Positions 1-8,947 of a stretch of 64,000 nucleotides of DNA are shown piece by piece. Made by a program: the position numbers and the translations under genes. The notes under the pieces are model-generated. The model had not been told where the DNA came from. It ran no database searches and was given only the letters and a program-made list of their open reading frames with translations. Numbering within the stretch: the stretch's first letter is position 1; the number at the start of each line of letters is the position of its first letter. The stretch is from Cyanobacteria bacterium auto_48_18 (GTDB lineage: Bacteria; Cyanobacteriota; Vampirovibrionia; Obscuribacterales; Obscuribacteraceae), in assembly GCA_036170915.1 (NCBI GenBank), contig JAVHQC010000010.1, forward strand, positions 128,001-192,000, given 5' to 3'.

Positions 1-1
1 C

Positions 2-190
2 GAATATATTTCCATGCGCTGCCTGGGCTGGCCTGATGCATTTCCATACTCTGATCTTGGTATTAAAAAAGTGCTTGGTCTTAAAAGTGATAAAGCAATT
101 ATCGAGACTGCCGAGCAATGGCGACCATGGCGTTCATATGCAGCAATGCATTTATGGAAATCACTTGAGAGCGACACGAAAGTAAAATGA
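2..190 (+). CDS. alkA: DNA-3-methyladenine glycosylase II (AlkA family), 3' part only (gene begins before the window)
   Basis: Frame 2 reads EYISMRCLGWPDAFPYSDLGIKKVLG...AEQWRPWRSYAAMHLWKS-stop. PDAFP.SDLG and WRPWRSYA are AlkA C-terminal motifs. The stop TGA at 188-190 overlaps the ogt ATG (ATGA). Confidence 0.9.
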   Translation, partial: EYISMRCLGWPDAFPYSDLGIKKVLGLKSDKAIIETAEQWRPWRSYAAMHLWKSLESDTKVK

Positions 191-708
191 CTATTCTGGA
201 GAAAGAAATGAACTACGTCTTTAAAACCATGATGTCACCCATAGGGGAGCTAACGCTAGTTGCCAGCGAAAGCGGCCTCGCGGCTGTATTGTGGCCTAAT
301 GACAAGCCGGAGCGCGTGCCACTACCAGTGATGACAGAAGACAATCACAATCTGATTCTTTTAGAGACAGAGCGACAATTAAATGAATATTTCGCTGGTC
401 AAAGAAAGGAATTTTCTTTACCACTTGATCCGGTGGGCACTGAATTTCAAAAAAGTGTCTGGAATGCGCTACTAACCATTCCCTTTGGCGAAACCAGAAG
501 CTATGGAGAAATCGCCAGACAGTTAGGCAATGATAAAGCCATGCGCGCAGTTGGTGCAGCCAATGGTAAAAATCCAATTTCTATAATTGCGCCTTGCCAC
601 CGGGTCATTGGCACAAATGGTGCGCTGACAGGTTTCGCTGGAGGGCTCGAAGCCAAGGCAATCTTGCTCGACTTAGAAAATAAAGGCGCAAAGCTATGTA
701 GACGCTAG
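187..708 (+). CDS. ogt: Methylated-DNA--protein-cysteine S-methyltransferase
   Basis: Active-site PCHRV, plus GTEFQKSVW, SYGEIA and RAVGAANGKNP. Alternative start ATG 208 follows GGAG. Confidence 0.95.
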   Translation: MTILEKEMNYVFKTMMSPIGELTLVASESGLAAVLWPNDKPERVPLPVMTEDNHNLILLETERQLNEYFAGQRKEFSLPLDPVGTEFQKSVWNALLTIPFGETRSYGEIARQLGNDKAMRAVGAANGKNPISIIAPCHRVIGTNGALTGFAGGLEAKAILLDLENKGAKLCRR

Positions 709-712
709 CGAA

Positions 713-1843
713 CTAGCGCACTTGCACCGGAATCGGTAAAGCGTGCGAAATTCGGTAAGACTCTTTCTTCAAGTCACGTTCGAGTGGCTGACTGCGCCCT
801 TCTGAATCGACGGCTCGACTCATCAATATACAGTCGCCAGGTGTGCCCGGAGTTTTCCATTGATAGTGCCAGAAAATCCAACCATGAGGATTCTCGGCGC
901 CACCCAAATTGGCCTCATGCCAGACTTTGCCACCATCAACACTAACTTCTACTTTGGCAATGGTGCCACTGCCTGTCCATGCGGCACCATATATGAGGCA
1001 GGTGCTATTGGCCTCGACCACTGCGTGGGCGGCCGGCTGTGCAATTTGTGATTTCAACTCAATTTCGGTAATCGGCTGTCTCACGGGTAATCCGTTGCGA
1101 TCTTCCCAGAAAGCATAATCAATTTTTTGGAAATAGCCATCGTAGGGATAATCGGTGACAACAATGCGTTGCAACCATTTAACAGAAGCCATGCCATACC
1201 AGCCGGGAACGATCAATCGCAGCGGAAAACCATGAGCTTCAGATAGTGGTGCACCATTCATTTCATAAGCAAGCAAAATATTGCTATCGAGCGCTTTGCT
1301 TTTTGGTAGAGAGCGAGCGTAATGAATGGGCTCGCGCGGCCTGGGCTGTTCTTCAGGAATACCTTTATCTGCGCCTTCAAACACTACATCGATAGCATTC
1401 TCGGCAAGGCCCGCGCGCTCAAGTATTGTCGATAGAAGTACACCCTTCCACTCTGCATTGCCAACCGCACCAAGTCCCCATTGTGCACCAGCGACTTTAG
1501 GCACAAGAAAAACGCGACTGTTACCTGCACATTCCATAACTGCAGTGACAGTTTGAGTCGGCATAGAGAGCAATTCAGGGAAGGTCAGCTGAAGCGGTTT
1601 TTCAACTGCCCCTTCGATTGATAGACGCCACGACTGAACGTTGATTTCAGGCTGAGGAAAGTGATTGCGCACATAGAAAGCGTCAGTAGGAGTCAAGTCA
1701 GATGACAAAGTTTCAAATGGAAACTCTAAATTGACAGGATCAGACTGACGAACAATTTTGGCTGGAGCTTGAGCGTTGGTCACTTGAAGTCTCGTATTTT
1801 CGAACGGAAGAATGCCCAAGTTTAACACGGTCGGCGTTGCCAA
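713..1843 (-). CDS. Sulfite oxidase family molybdopterin-dependent oxidoreductase
   Basis: FYVRNHF, MECAGNSR (Mo-ligating Cys), HGFPLRLIVPGWYGMASVKWL, and a C-terminal dimerisation domain (VEVSVDGGKVW). Start uncertain. Confidence 0.9.
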   Translation of the reverse strand: MATPTVLNLGILPFENTRLQVTNAQAPAKIVRQSDPVNLEFPFETLSSDLTPTDAFYVRNHFPQPEINVQSWRLSIEGAVEKPLQLTFPELLSMPTQTVTAVMECAGNSRVFLVPKVAGAQWGLGAVGNAEWKGVLLSTILERAGLAENAIDVVFEGADKGIPEEQPRPREPIHYARSLPKSKALDSNILLAYEMNGAPLSEAHGFPLRLIVPGWYGMASVKWLQRIVVTDYPYDGYFQKIDYAFWEDRNGLPVRQPITEIELKSQIAQPAAHAVVEANSTCLIYGAAWTGSGTIAKVEVSVDGGKVWHEANLGGAENPHGWIFWHYQWKTPGTPGDCILMSRAVDSEGRSQPLERDLKKESYRISHALPIPVQVR

Positions 1844-1885
1844 GTTAATTGTTTTGAAAGCATAGAGTTGTTGTAAAATTCAACT

Positions 1886-2527
1886 ATGAACAATCAACAA
1901 ACCACAGAAACGCCCGACATAGAAAAGCACAAATGGGAAGAGAGCTATCAGGCCGACACCGCTCCTACTTGGGATACAAAACTACCTGCACCGGAGCTTG
2001 AGCAATATTTTGCGGGCTTAGACAAAAGCATGCTGCCAAAGAATGTTTTGGAAGTTGGTTGCGGCACCGGGACAAATGCAATCTGGCTGGCCAAGCAGGG
2101 CTGCAAAGTCACTGCCACAGAAATTGCACCCACTGCTTTAGATAAAGCAAAGGCAGCAGCTGGGTCTGATCAAGTGGAATTTCATTTGTTAGACATTTGC
2201 GAATCTAGCCCGGTGAGCGATGGCAGCCAAGATTTTGTTTTCGACCGCGGCGTTTATCACGTGATCGCTCGAGCAGAACGCAGTCTTTTCATCAAACGCA
2301 TTGCATCAGCGCTTAAACCGGGCGGGTTTTGGCTCAGTATAGTGGGTTGTAAGGACGAATTTCGTGAGAATCCGGAGAACGGCCCACCGCAGCTTTCTGC
2401 CTCTGACCTGGTCACACAAATGGAACCGTTATTTGAAATCTTCGAATTGGGGCGGGCCTATTTCATTTTACCTCATGGCACAAAACATCTAGCCTGGAAA
2501 GCGCTTTATCGGAAACGTGCTCTGTAA
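1886..2527 (+). CDS. Class I SAM-dependent methyltransferase (TPMT/TehB-like)
   Basis: VLEVGCGTGTNAIWLAKQG, VFDRGVYH, LKPGG. Confidence 0.88.
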   Translation: MNNQQTTETPDIEKHKWEESYQADTAPTWDTKLPAPELEQYFAGLDKSMLPKNVLEVGCGTGTNAIWLAKQGCKVTATEIAPTALDKAKAAAGSDQVEFHLLDICESSPVSDGSQDFVFDRGVYHVIARAERSLFIKRIASALKPGGFWLSIVGCKDEFRENPENGPPQLSASDLVTQMEPLFEIFELGRAYFILPHGTKHLAWKALYRKRAL

Positions 2528-2545
2528 AGTTGCAAAAGAGCCCTT

Positions 2546-3511
2546 ATGAAATCAGATCAAACCTCTGCCAATAAACCGGCGAAGCTAAATCAAAAAGTTC
2601 TTGAACGTCTTATCGAAAGAGCCAAAGAAACGCACACAGACGCCATGCTTCTCAGTCAGAATGGCACCGAGATTGGTGCCTGGTATTTTGGCAAAGAACC
2701 GCAGCGCATCGAAACTATGTCGATGACAAAATCAATAGTATCACTCGCTGTCGCACAATTAATCACAGACAAACTTATCGAGTCGATAGATCTTCCTATC
2801 TGGTCGGCTTTCCCCGAGTGGCGTCAGGGCAACAAAGAGAAGATAACGATCAGACATATTCTCAATCATACTTCAGGGCTCCAAGATGAACCGACTACCG
2901 AACACATTTATCGCAGCCCGGATTTTCTTAAGTTGGCGTTAGCAGCCGAGTTAACTGCTGCTCCTGGAGAATTGTGGTTTTACAGCAACAAAGCCTGCAA
3001 CATTCTGCCGGGCATCGTGAAGGAAATAACCGGAAAGCAGATTGACGAATACTTACGCACCACACTATTTACCGCGCTAGAGATTGACGATTTTTATTGG
3101 GCGCGAGACTCAGTCGGCAATCCGCATGGATTCGCCGGCCTTGCCCTAAAAGCCGGTGATCTTGCAAAAATTGGCCAGCTGATGCTGCAGCAGGGAAAAT
3201 GGAACGGCGCACAAATCTTAGATAAAAGATTCATCAAAGAAGCTATTGAACCTTCGCAAAAACATTCAAAAAACATGGGATATCTATGGTGGATTGATTA
3301 TTTCGGCGAAACATTCTTCTCACCTAAACATGAGGAGAACACTAAGGCTAGCGGCTTTGCTGCACTGGGTTATCTGGGTCAAAATTTAATCGTGCGACCG
3401 AAGCAGAAATTGGTGGCAGTGCGACAAATTGACAGTAAAAGTTACAAAAGCGATGCCGACAATTTTTGGGATTTCGAAGAACTAGTAAATAACCTTTTCA
3501 TCGCAGACTAA
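2546..3511 (+). CDS. Serine hydrolase, beta-lactamase/AmpC-like family
   Basis: SxxK (SMTK), TIRHILNHTSGL, YSN motif, DLAKIGQLML. Confidence 0.88.
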   Translation: MKSDQTSANKPAKLNQKVLERLIERAKETHTDAMLLSQNGTEIGAWYFGKEPQRIETMSMTKSIVSLAVAQLITDKLIESIDLPIWSAFPEWRQGNKEKITIRHILNHTSGLQDEPTTEHIYRSPDFLKLALAAELTAAPGELWFYSNKACNILPGIVKEITGKQIDEYLRTTLFTALEIDDFYWARDSVGNPHGFAGLALKAGDLAKIGQLMLQQGKWNGAQILDKRFIKEAIEPSQKHSKNMGYLWWIDYFGETFFSPKHEENTKASGFAALGYLGQNLIVRPKQKLVAVRQIDSKSYKSDADNFWDFEELVNNLFIAD

Positions 3512-3524
3512 ACAAGGTAACAAA

Positions 3525-4214
3525 TTACTGCACAGCTGGCTTTCTTACACGAAGAGGATCGGTTAGTTCGATTCTCACAACATCACCTTCTCTCAGGTCA
3601 ATTTGCTGATTTCGCTTACTCAGTAAAACTGTACTGCCCCATTCCGCTCCGTAAGCGATAAGTTTACTTTTTGTCTCCTCATACTTTGCTAACGCTAACT
3701 GTTGTTTGCGAATCCAGGCTTTCGAAGGAGGCGACATCATACACATGCTTGTACCTAAAGGCGCTGACTGCCCCAATCCTGCAACAGCAATTTGCACCGT
3801 AGCCAGATCGCGACGCACATATAGCAATCCGCCCCTAGCTACAAGGGTGCCTGTGAATGGAACTTGGCCCTGACCAACCAAATCGATTGTCTCTAATTTG
3901 ATTCTAACTGCCTTGATGCCGTTTTTAGGGACAGCAGGGGGAATATATATCTTTCCAGTAATTAGAGTGTCAACGGGTAGAACCACGCTGCCGTCACACG
4001 TTGTTTCCTCCACAGTTTTAAATACTATTTGGGTACCATCAACGCAGTCGGCACTATTAAAATTGGATGTGAGCTTCACTGCCAGTTTACTTCCGGCTGG
4101 AACTTCAACAATTGGTGCCGGGGTGTATGCGCGCGCAGAGAAAGAAAGCGTCAGCACACAGAGAAAGGCTAAATTGATTGCTTTCAATGACTTTGCGAAA
4201 TTTGTAGAATTCAT
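3525..4214 (-). CDS. Secreted hypothetical protein with a TrbI/VirB10-like beta-barrel
   Basis: Signal peptide ending ARA. The VPAGSKLAVKL...VVLPVDTLITGKI...IDLREGDVVRIEL pattern resembles this barrel. Confidence 0.55.
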   Translation of the reverse strand: MNSTNFAKSLKAINLAFLCVLTLSFSARAYTPAPIVEVPAGSKLAVKLTSNFNSADCVDGTQIVFKTVEETTCDGSVVLPVDTLITGKIYIPPAVPKNGIKAVRIKLETIDLVGQGQVPFTGTLVARGGLLYVRRDLATVQIAVAGLGQSAPLGTSMCMMSPPSKAWIRKQQLALAKYEETKSKLIAYGAEWGSTVLLSKRNQQIDLREGDVVRIELTDPLRVRKPAVQ

Positions 4215-4224
4215 AAATAGAATT

Positions 4225-4992
4225 CTACTTCATCGTCCGTTTTTCGGCTTCCTCTAACTTTTCTTCCAATATTCTCGTCGCCATCTCGCCATTTTCAATG
4301 CCCCAGAAGCCATCGTGAACCCCGGGAGATTCCGGATCTAGACTTGAACGGAACATCACGTCTGTTCGAGTTTTAGAATAGGCTTTCGATTCTACGGGCC
4401 CAAAATGCTTGTTGCTGAACGTGACAATTTGCTTCACTCCATCATCAGTGAACGCAAGCGTGCGCTTTTCAGTGATGGCATATATGGTGTGCAATTCACG
4501 CTTATAGGTGAAATAAGGAATGGAAAGCAGACATGCTCCCACTGCCACAAAGGGAAGGCCCCAGAGCACCATGAACCATCCGAATATATTTTTCATCGAC
4601 GCAGCGCCACCAACTGCCAAGCTCGTCCAGAAGATGGAAAAGAGAGTCCAGATAATGGCAAAAGGAATAAACCAAATTTTGGCCATCCCCTCATGACCTG
4701 GCTCGGGTGACGCCACAAACAATATTTTTTCCTCTAGAGGCATTCTTGCAGCAGCGCGTTGATGCAGCGTTCGATCCAGCTCTAGAGTCGGAGCACCAGC
4801 TACCACGTGAACTGCAGGCTTCTCCAGGGCCGCAATGCCCCAGCCGGCAAACGGCGCTATGGTGACCACCGCAATTGTGATTAATATCGGTCCTAACGGC
4901 ACCCGCGCCACATAAGCATTATTGCTGCCGCTCGGGTCATGGCCGACGTAATGATGGTTTCCTCTATTGCTTTGCTTTCTTTGAATCTTCAT
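4225..4992 (-). CDS. Hypothetical membrane protein (about 3 TM, C-terminal YAITEKR PH-like region)
   Basis: 255-aa ORF with hydrophobic segments IPFAIIWTLFSIFW and LWGLPFVAVG, followed by TIYAITEKR. Confidence 0.7.
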   Translation of the reverse strand: MKIQRKQSNRGNHHYVGHDPSGSNNAYVARVPLGPILITIAVVTIAPFAGWGIAALEKPAVHVVAGAPTLELDRTLHQRAAARMPLEEKILFVASPEPGHEGMAKIWFIPFAIIWTLFSIFWTSLAVGGAASMKNIFGWFMVLWGLPFVAVGACLLSIPYFTYKRELHTIYAITEKRTLAFTDDGVKQIVTFSNKHFGPVESKAYSKTRTDVMFRSSLDPESPGVHDGFWGIENGEMATRILEEKLEEAEKRTMK

Positions 4993-5109
4993 TCTTTCTT
5001 TTCTTCTCTTTTTCTTCTTTAATACTTCTACATTGCCCCGGCACTAGTTAAGGAGGGGTAAAGAAAGTATTCTTCTATATCTGTAAGAAACACTAAATTT
5101 GGTAACCAG

Positions 5110-5832
5110 ATGGATGACTTAGACGACGACGAAGTACTAGAAGAGTTTATTCCGCCTTCACCACTACGAGTCGCTCGCCGGGCATTGACATTGACCGCCG
5201 TCATAGACCGCGGAAATTTGGAAAGAGCAGAGCTGTCCAAAGATGCAGCAGATGCTCAGCATCAAGACTTGATCGGATGGGCGAAAGAGGATCACGATCT
5301 CACTACTGAATTTGAAAAATCTGAGCTGGAATTTCTTGAGAGTGCGGTTGGTGCTCTCGACGAACAATCGATGATTAATGCATCATGGCGTATCGAAGGC
5401 TTAGCTATCTTGGCTTGGGCTCTTAATCTAGTTGAACTCCCTGTCTACGATCAGACCGTTAATAGCACGGTCATTATGACCAGCGTAATTCAAGCGGCGA
5501 AAACAATTCTGCAAAATCCAAAACTTCGCGATGCAGATGAAATCGGTAAAGTTAGCGAACAAATATTTTCACTAAGGTGGCGGCTCAGGGAGCCCAGAAA
5601 TGGTCAGGCCTTAGATTTTGCTCGTGTGGCCGAAGGTAACTGGTTTCTATCATCAGACATCTCATCTTTCAGACTGATTGACAGAGATATTGCCCTCGGC
5701 GACACTAGCGTTAGCCAGGCGCCGCCGGCTGTATTGCAATCAGCGGTGAGTTGCACGATGGAACGCGACCGGGCTATCAGATGGCTGTACGGTGCCCATG
5801 AAATATACTCTGAAGTCGACCTTTCGACCTGA
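5110..5832 (+). CDS. DUF4272-like protein
   Basis: VARRAL.L, WRIEGLAILAWALNL, LR..DEI, ERDRAIRWL and C-terminal VDLST are typical of this family. Confidence 0.75.
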   Translation: MDDLDDDEVLEEFIPPSPLRVARRALTLTAVIDRGNLERAELSKDAADAQHQDLIGWAKEDHDLTTEFEKSELEFLESAVGALDEQSMINASWRIEGLAILAWALNLVELPVYDQTVNSTVIMTSVIQAAKTILQNPKLRDADEIGKVSEQIFSLRWRLREPRNGQALDFARVAEGNWFLSSDISSFRLIDRDIALGDTSVSQAPPAVLQSAVSCTMERDRAIRWLYGAHEIYSEVDLST

Positions 5833-5897
5833 AGTTGCTTATCACAAACGCTGGGCTTATCACAATCACCGGCCTCTCAAAGTGTTATCGTACTAAA

Positions 5898-7250
5898 ATG
5901 ACTTCATCCCACGCTCCAGATCTGCAAGCCATTACCACTCCCGGCCGCGAACAAGAATTGCTCAGCCACCTCAAGTGTCGAAGCTTCGATTATTTTCGCA
6001 ATGAGTGGAATGCAACCACTGGTCTAATTGCAGACAAAAATCAGCCCGGTGCACCCGCGAGCATTGCCGCCTTGGGAATGGGATTGACCGCATACATCAT
6101 TGGTATCGAGAGCGCCCTTCTATCGCGCTCAGAGGCCATCATGCGCACCCTCACGGCTTTGCGCTTTTTGCAATCCAGCCATCAAGGCACCGAATCTGAT
6201 GCCACCGGATACAAAGGCTTTTATTATCATTTTCTCGATATGCAAACAGGCAAGCGCGCCTGGCAATCCGAACTTTCCACCATCGATACAGCAATTCTTA
6301 TGGCCGGTATACTCGCGGCCCAAACTTACTTCACTGGCGATAACGAAGACGAGCGCGAAATTAGAAAACTTGCCGACTTTCTTTACCAACGTGTGGAATG
6401 GCCCTGGGCACTAAATAGGGCGGCGACTTTCTCACATGGATGGACTCCAGAAAAGAAATTTAAAAAGCATCGCTGGAATACCAATTACTCTGAGGCTCAT
6501 CTGCTGTACTTGCTTGCCCTTGGTTCACCGACGCACGCTGTCGATGCAAAAGGCTATCACGAGTGGACTGCCACATTTCAAACCATAAACATCTACGACA
6601 TAGAATGTTTGCATGCCGGGCCGCTCTTCATTCACCAGATGTCGCATTTGTGGATAGACTTTCGTGGCATTCAAGATCAGTTTAATAGAAAAGTCGGCTT
6701 CGATTATTTTGAAAACAGTAAACGTGCCACATACATTCAAAGACAATACGCAATAGAAAATCCAAAGAACTTTGCCCACTACGGAAAATATTGCTGGGGA
6801 CTAACCGCCAGCGATGGCCCCGGCCCTGCACGGCGTACCATCAAAGGCGTCAAGCGAGTCTTCTATAATTACATTGCTCGCGGAGTTCCTCACGGCCCCG
6901 ACGACGGCACAATTTCACCATGGGCAGTTTTGGCATCGTTACCATTTGCACCAGATACGGTGATTGAAACTGTGCGGCATATCATTGAAAATCTGGGCGA
7001 AAAAGGTTTATGTAAGTATGGATTTGACGCTAGTTATAATCTATCATTTCCACAAACCATCGATGGTTACAATGGCTGGATATCACCCTGGGTGTTTGGA
7101 ATAAACCAGGGGTCGACAATCATAATGATTGAGAACCACCAGTCAGAGTTGATCTGGAAGACCATGCGTCAATGCCCGTATCTGATTTCAGGTTTAAAAG
7201 CGGCCGGCTTTGAAGGTGAATGGCTGAATTTAAGCCACAGTCGCCGGTAA
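5898..7250 (+). CDS. GH144-like endo-beta-1,2-glucanase ('glucoamylase family' protein)
   Basis: SIAALGMGL, GYKGFYYHFLDM, ELSTIDTA, GPLFIHQ.SHLW.DFRG, WGLTASDGP, DDGTISP, GINQG...MIEN. Start moved to ATG 5898; the track ORF opens at 5835. Confidence 0.85.
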   Translation: MTSSHAPDLQAITTPGREQELLSHLKCRSFDYFRNEWNATTGLIADKNQPGAPASIAALGMGLTAYIIGIESALLSRSEAIMRTLTALRFLQSSHQGTESDATGYKGFYYHFLDMQTGKRAWQSELSTIDTAILMAGILAAQTYFTGDNEDEREIRKLADFLYQRVEWPWALNRAATFSHGWTPEKKFKKHRWNTNYSEAHLLYLLALGSPTHAVDAKGYHEWTATFQTINIYDIECLHAGPLFIHQMSHLWIDFRGIQDQFNRKVGFDYFENSKRATYIQRQYAIENPKNFAHYGKYCWGLTASDGPGPARRTIKGVKRVFYNYIARGVPHGPDDGTISPWAVLASLPFAPDTVIETVRHIIENLGEKGLCKYGFDASYNLSFPQTIDGYNGWISPWVFGINQGSTIIMIENHQSELIWKTMRQCPYLISGLKAAGFEGEWLNLSHSRR

Positions 7251-8591
7251 TGTAAAACAAAAGTGTGTGCGGTCGAGGTCGCGCTCCACCCATATTGTGC
7301 CACCATGATTGGTGATCATGCGCTGCACAATAGGTAGGCTCATTCCAGTACCTGACTCATCAGACCGGGCATTGACACGTACAAATGGCATGAAAATGTC
7401 TTTAAAATTCATGGTATCCACGCCAATACCTTTATCTGTCACAGTCAATAAATAGTCTTTGTCTTGTTTTAAGCAAGTAATCACTATTTCGGGTTTACTC
7501 CCCGACTTGCTAAATTTGATGGCATTGTCGATTAATGCAGCCCAAATAAATTGCATGTGCTTTCCGTTTACCAATAAGTACGGCAAATTATCCGGCTTAT
7601 CGATTGCAGCTTGCGACCTAGTGATTTGTTCATTTAAATCTATGATTGCTTCATCGAGCGAACGCATTAAACTAGTATTCTGCCGCTCGACTTCGGTGAT
7701 TGCATGGGTATAATTCCACAAATCGTCAATCATGCGCATTATCGATTCGCTGCCTTTCAAACACTTGTCGATAAATTCATCAGCATCTGAGCCTAAACGT
7801 TCTTTATAGCGCACTGCGAATAACTTTAGGTAGCTTGATACGATTTTTGCTGGCTCTTGAATTTGCTGCGAAACGTGCATAGTAATTGTGCGCAATTCTT
7901 CGTCTGTGCGAAGAAAATTTTGAGAAGCCGATTCCAACTCGCTTTTCAATTCTGTTTGACGAATTTTGTGCAATTCTTCAAGTTCATTGTTCAAGCGAAT
8001 AGCTTCTGCCTGGGAGGCTTCTAACTTCATTAAAGATGTGATGGTGTGATAAGCCGACGAAGCAAATTTGCCAAGACTGAGCATCAAACGCAAATCTTCA
8101 GTATCGAAAGAGTGCTCCAGGTCATGCGATAAGGCCCAAATAGTACCAACCGTTACCCCACCCGAATAAAAAGGCACCAGTAAGCACTCTTCAATAGTCG
8201 GTGTCATAGTATCGATGTATTCATAACGCCTTGAAGGTTGCCTGAAGAGCAGCGGCGCATTACTGTCAATCACGTCGCCACAAGGTCCAAAATTGCGGGG
8301 TGTACCAAATTGCTGATTTGGAGTCCACATCCCTGAGACAGCTGGCCAATGAAAAAACTGACCGTCGTCAGTCATCAAACTGACGCCGGCAGATTGAAAT
8401 CCAAGTACCTCAACAATGGCATCGGTTAGCCCCTGCAAAATTAAGCTCGGCTGGTCAGCCATCTGCTGAGCTAGCATACTCATCATTTGCGACTCAAGCT
8501 GATACTGAGGAGTTCGATCGGCTTTGGTAGCCAACTCGCTGGTAATTAGGACCTCATGGAGAGGTACGCATTGAGCTCTGATGTCCATCAA
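7230..8591 (-). CDS. GAF-domain histidine-kinase-like protein with a degenerate H-box
   Basis: GAF (TPRNFGPCG, ECLLVPF, GTIWALSH), coiled coil, and HATPase (DNAIKF, DKGIG, GTGMSL). H-box reads VSQQIQEP instead of xSHDLQEP. Confidence 0.85.
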   Translation of the reverse strand: MMDIRAQCVPLHEVLITSELATKADRTPQYQLESQMMSMLAQQMADQPSLILQGLTDAIVEVLGFQSAGVSLMTDDGQFFHWPAVSGMWTPNQQFGTPRNFGPCGDVIDSNAPLLFRQPSRRYEYIDTMTPTIEECLLVPFYSGGVTVGTIWALSHDLEHSFDTEDLRLMLSLGKFASSAYHTITSLMKLEASQAEAIRLNNELEELHKIRQTELKSELESASQNFLRTDEELRTITMHVSQQIQEPAKIVSSYLKLFAVRYKERLGSDADEFIDKCLKGSESIMRMIDDLWNYTHAITEVERQNTSLMRSLDEAIIDLNEQITRSQAAIDKPDNLPYLLVNGKHMQFIWAALIDNAIKFSKSGSKPEIVITCLKQDKDYLLTVTDKGIGVDTMNFKDIFMPFVRVNARSDESGTGMSLPIVQRMITNHGGTIWVERDLDRTHFCFTLPATVA

Positions 8592-8947
8592 TTCAATTTG
8601 GCCTGAGGTAAGATTTTCTAATTTAGCATGAAACCATTATGGCTTTGATTACCTTTCAACCATTAATCTGACGCCTATTCGCCTCTTTTGCGGCTTCTTT
8701 AAATCGATACCGCTTGTTCTCTGACAAGCCCCCAACTATTGCCGTTTTTTCCAAAATTCAGCCCACCACCACCATACCGGGCCAAACCCCACAACCAACT
8801 ACCCAAATTTACTATAAAACTGTAAGCTAGCCTTTTCAGCCCCGGTCCACTCCCAGTAACCAAGACGAAAACACAGTAATAGTTGGCGTTCCGGGTAAGG
8901 CCGGACGCACCCTCAAACCCGGCGACATTGTCGGCGATAACTATGAG

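Noticed and set aside
8761..8810. C/A-skewed tract (G-rich on the minus strand) as a G-quadruplex
   Set aside because: Only three G-runs reach three or more bases and the loops are irregular. There is no support beyond composition.
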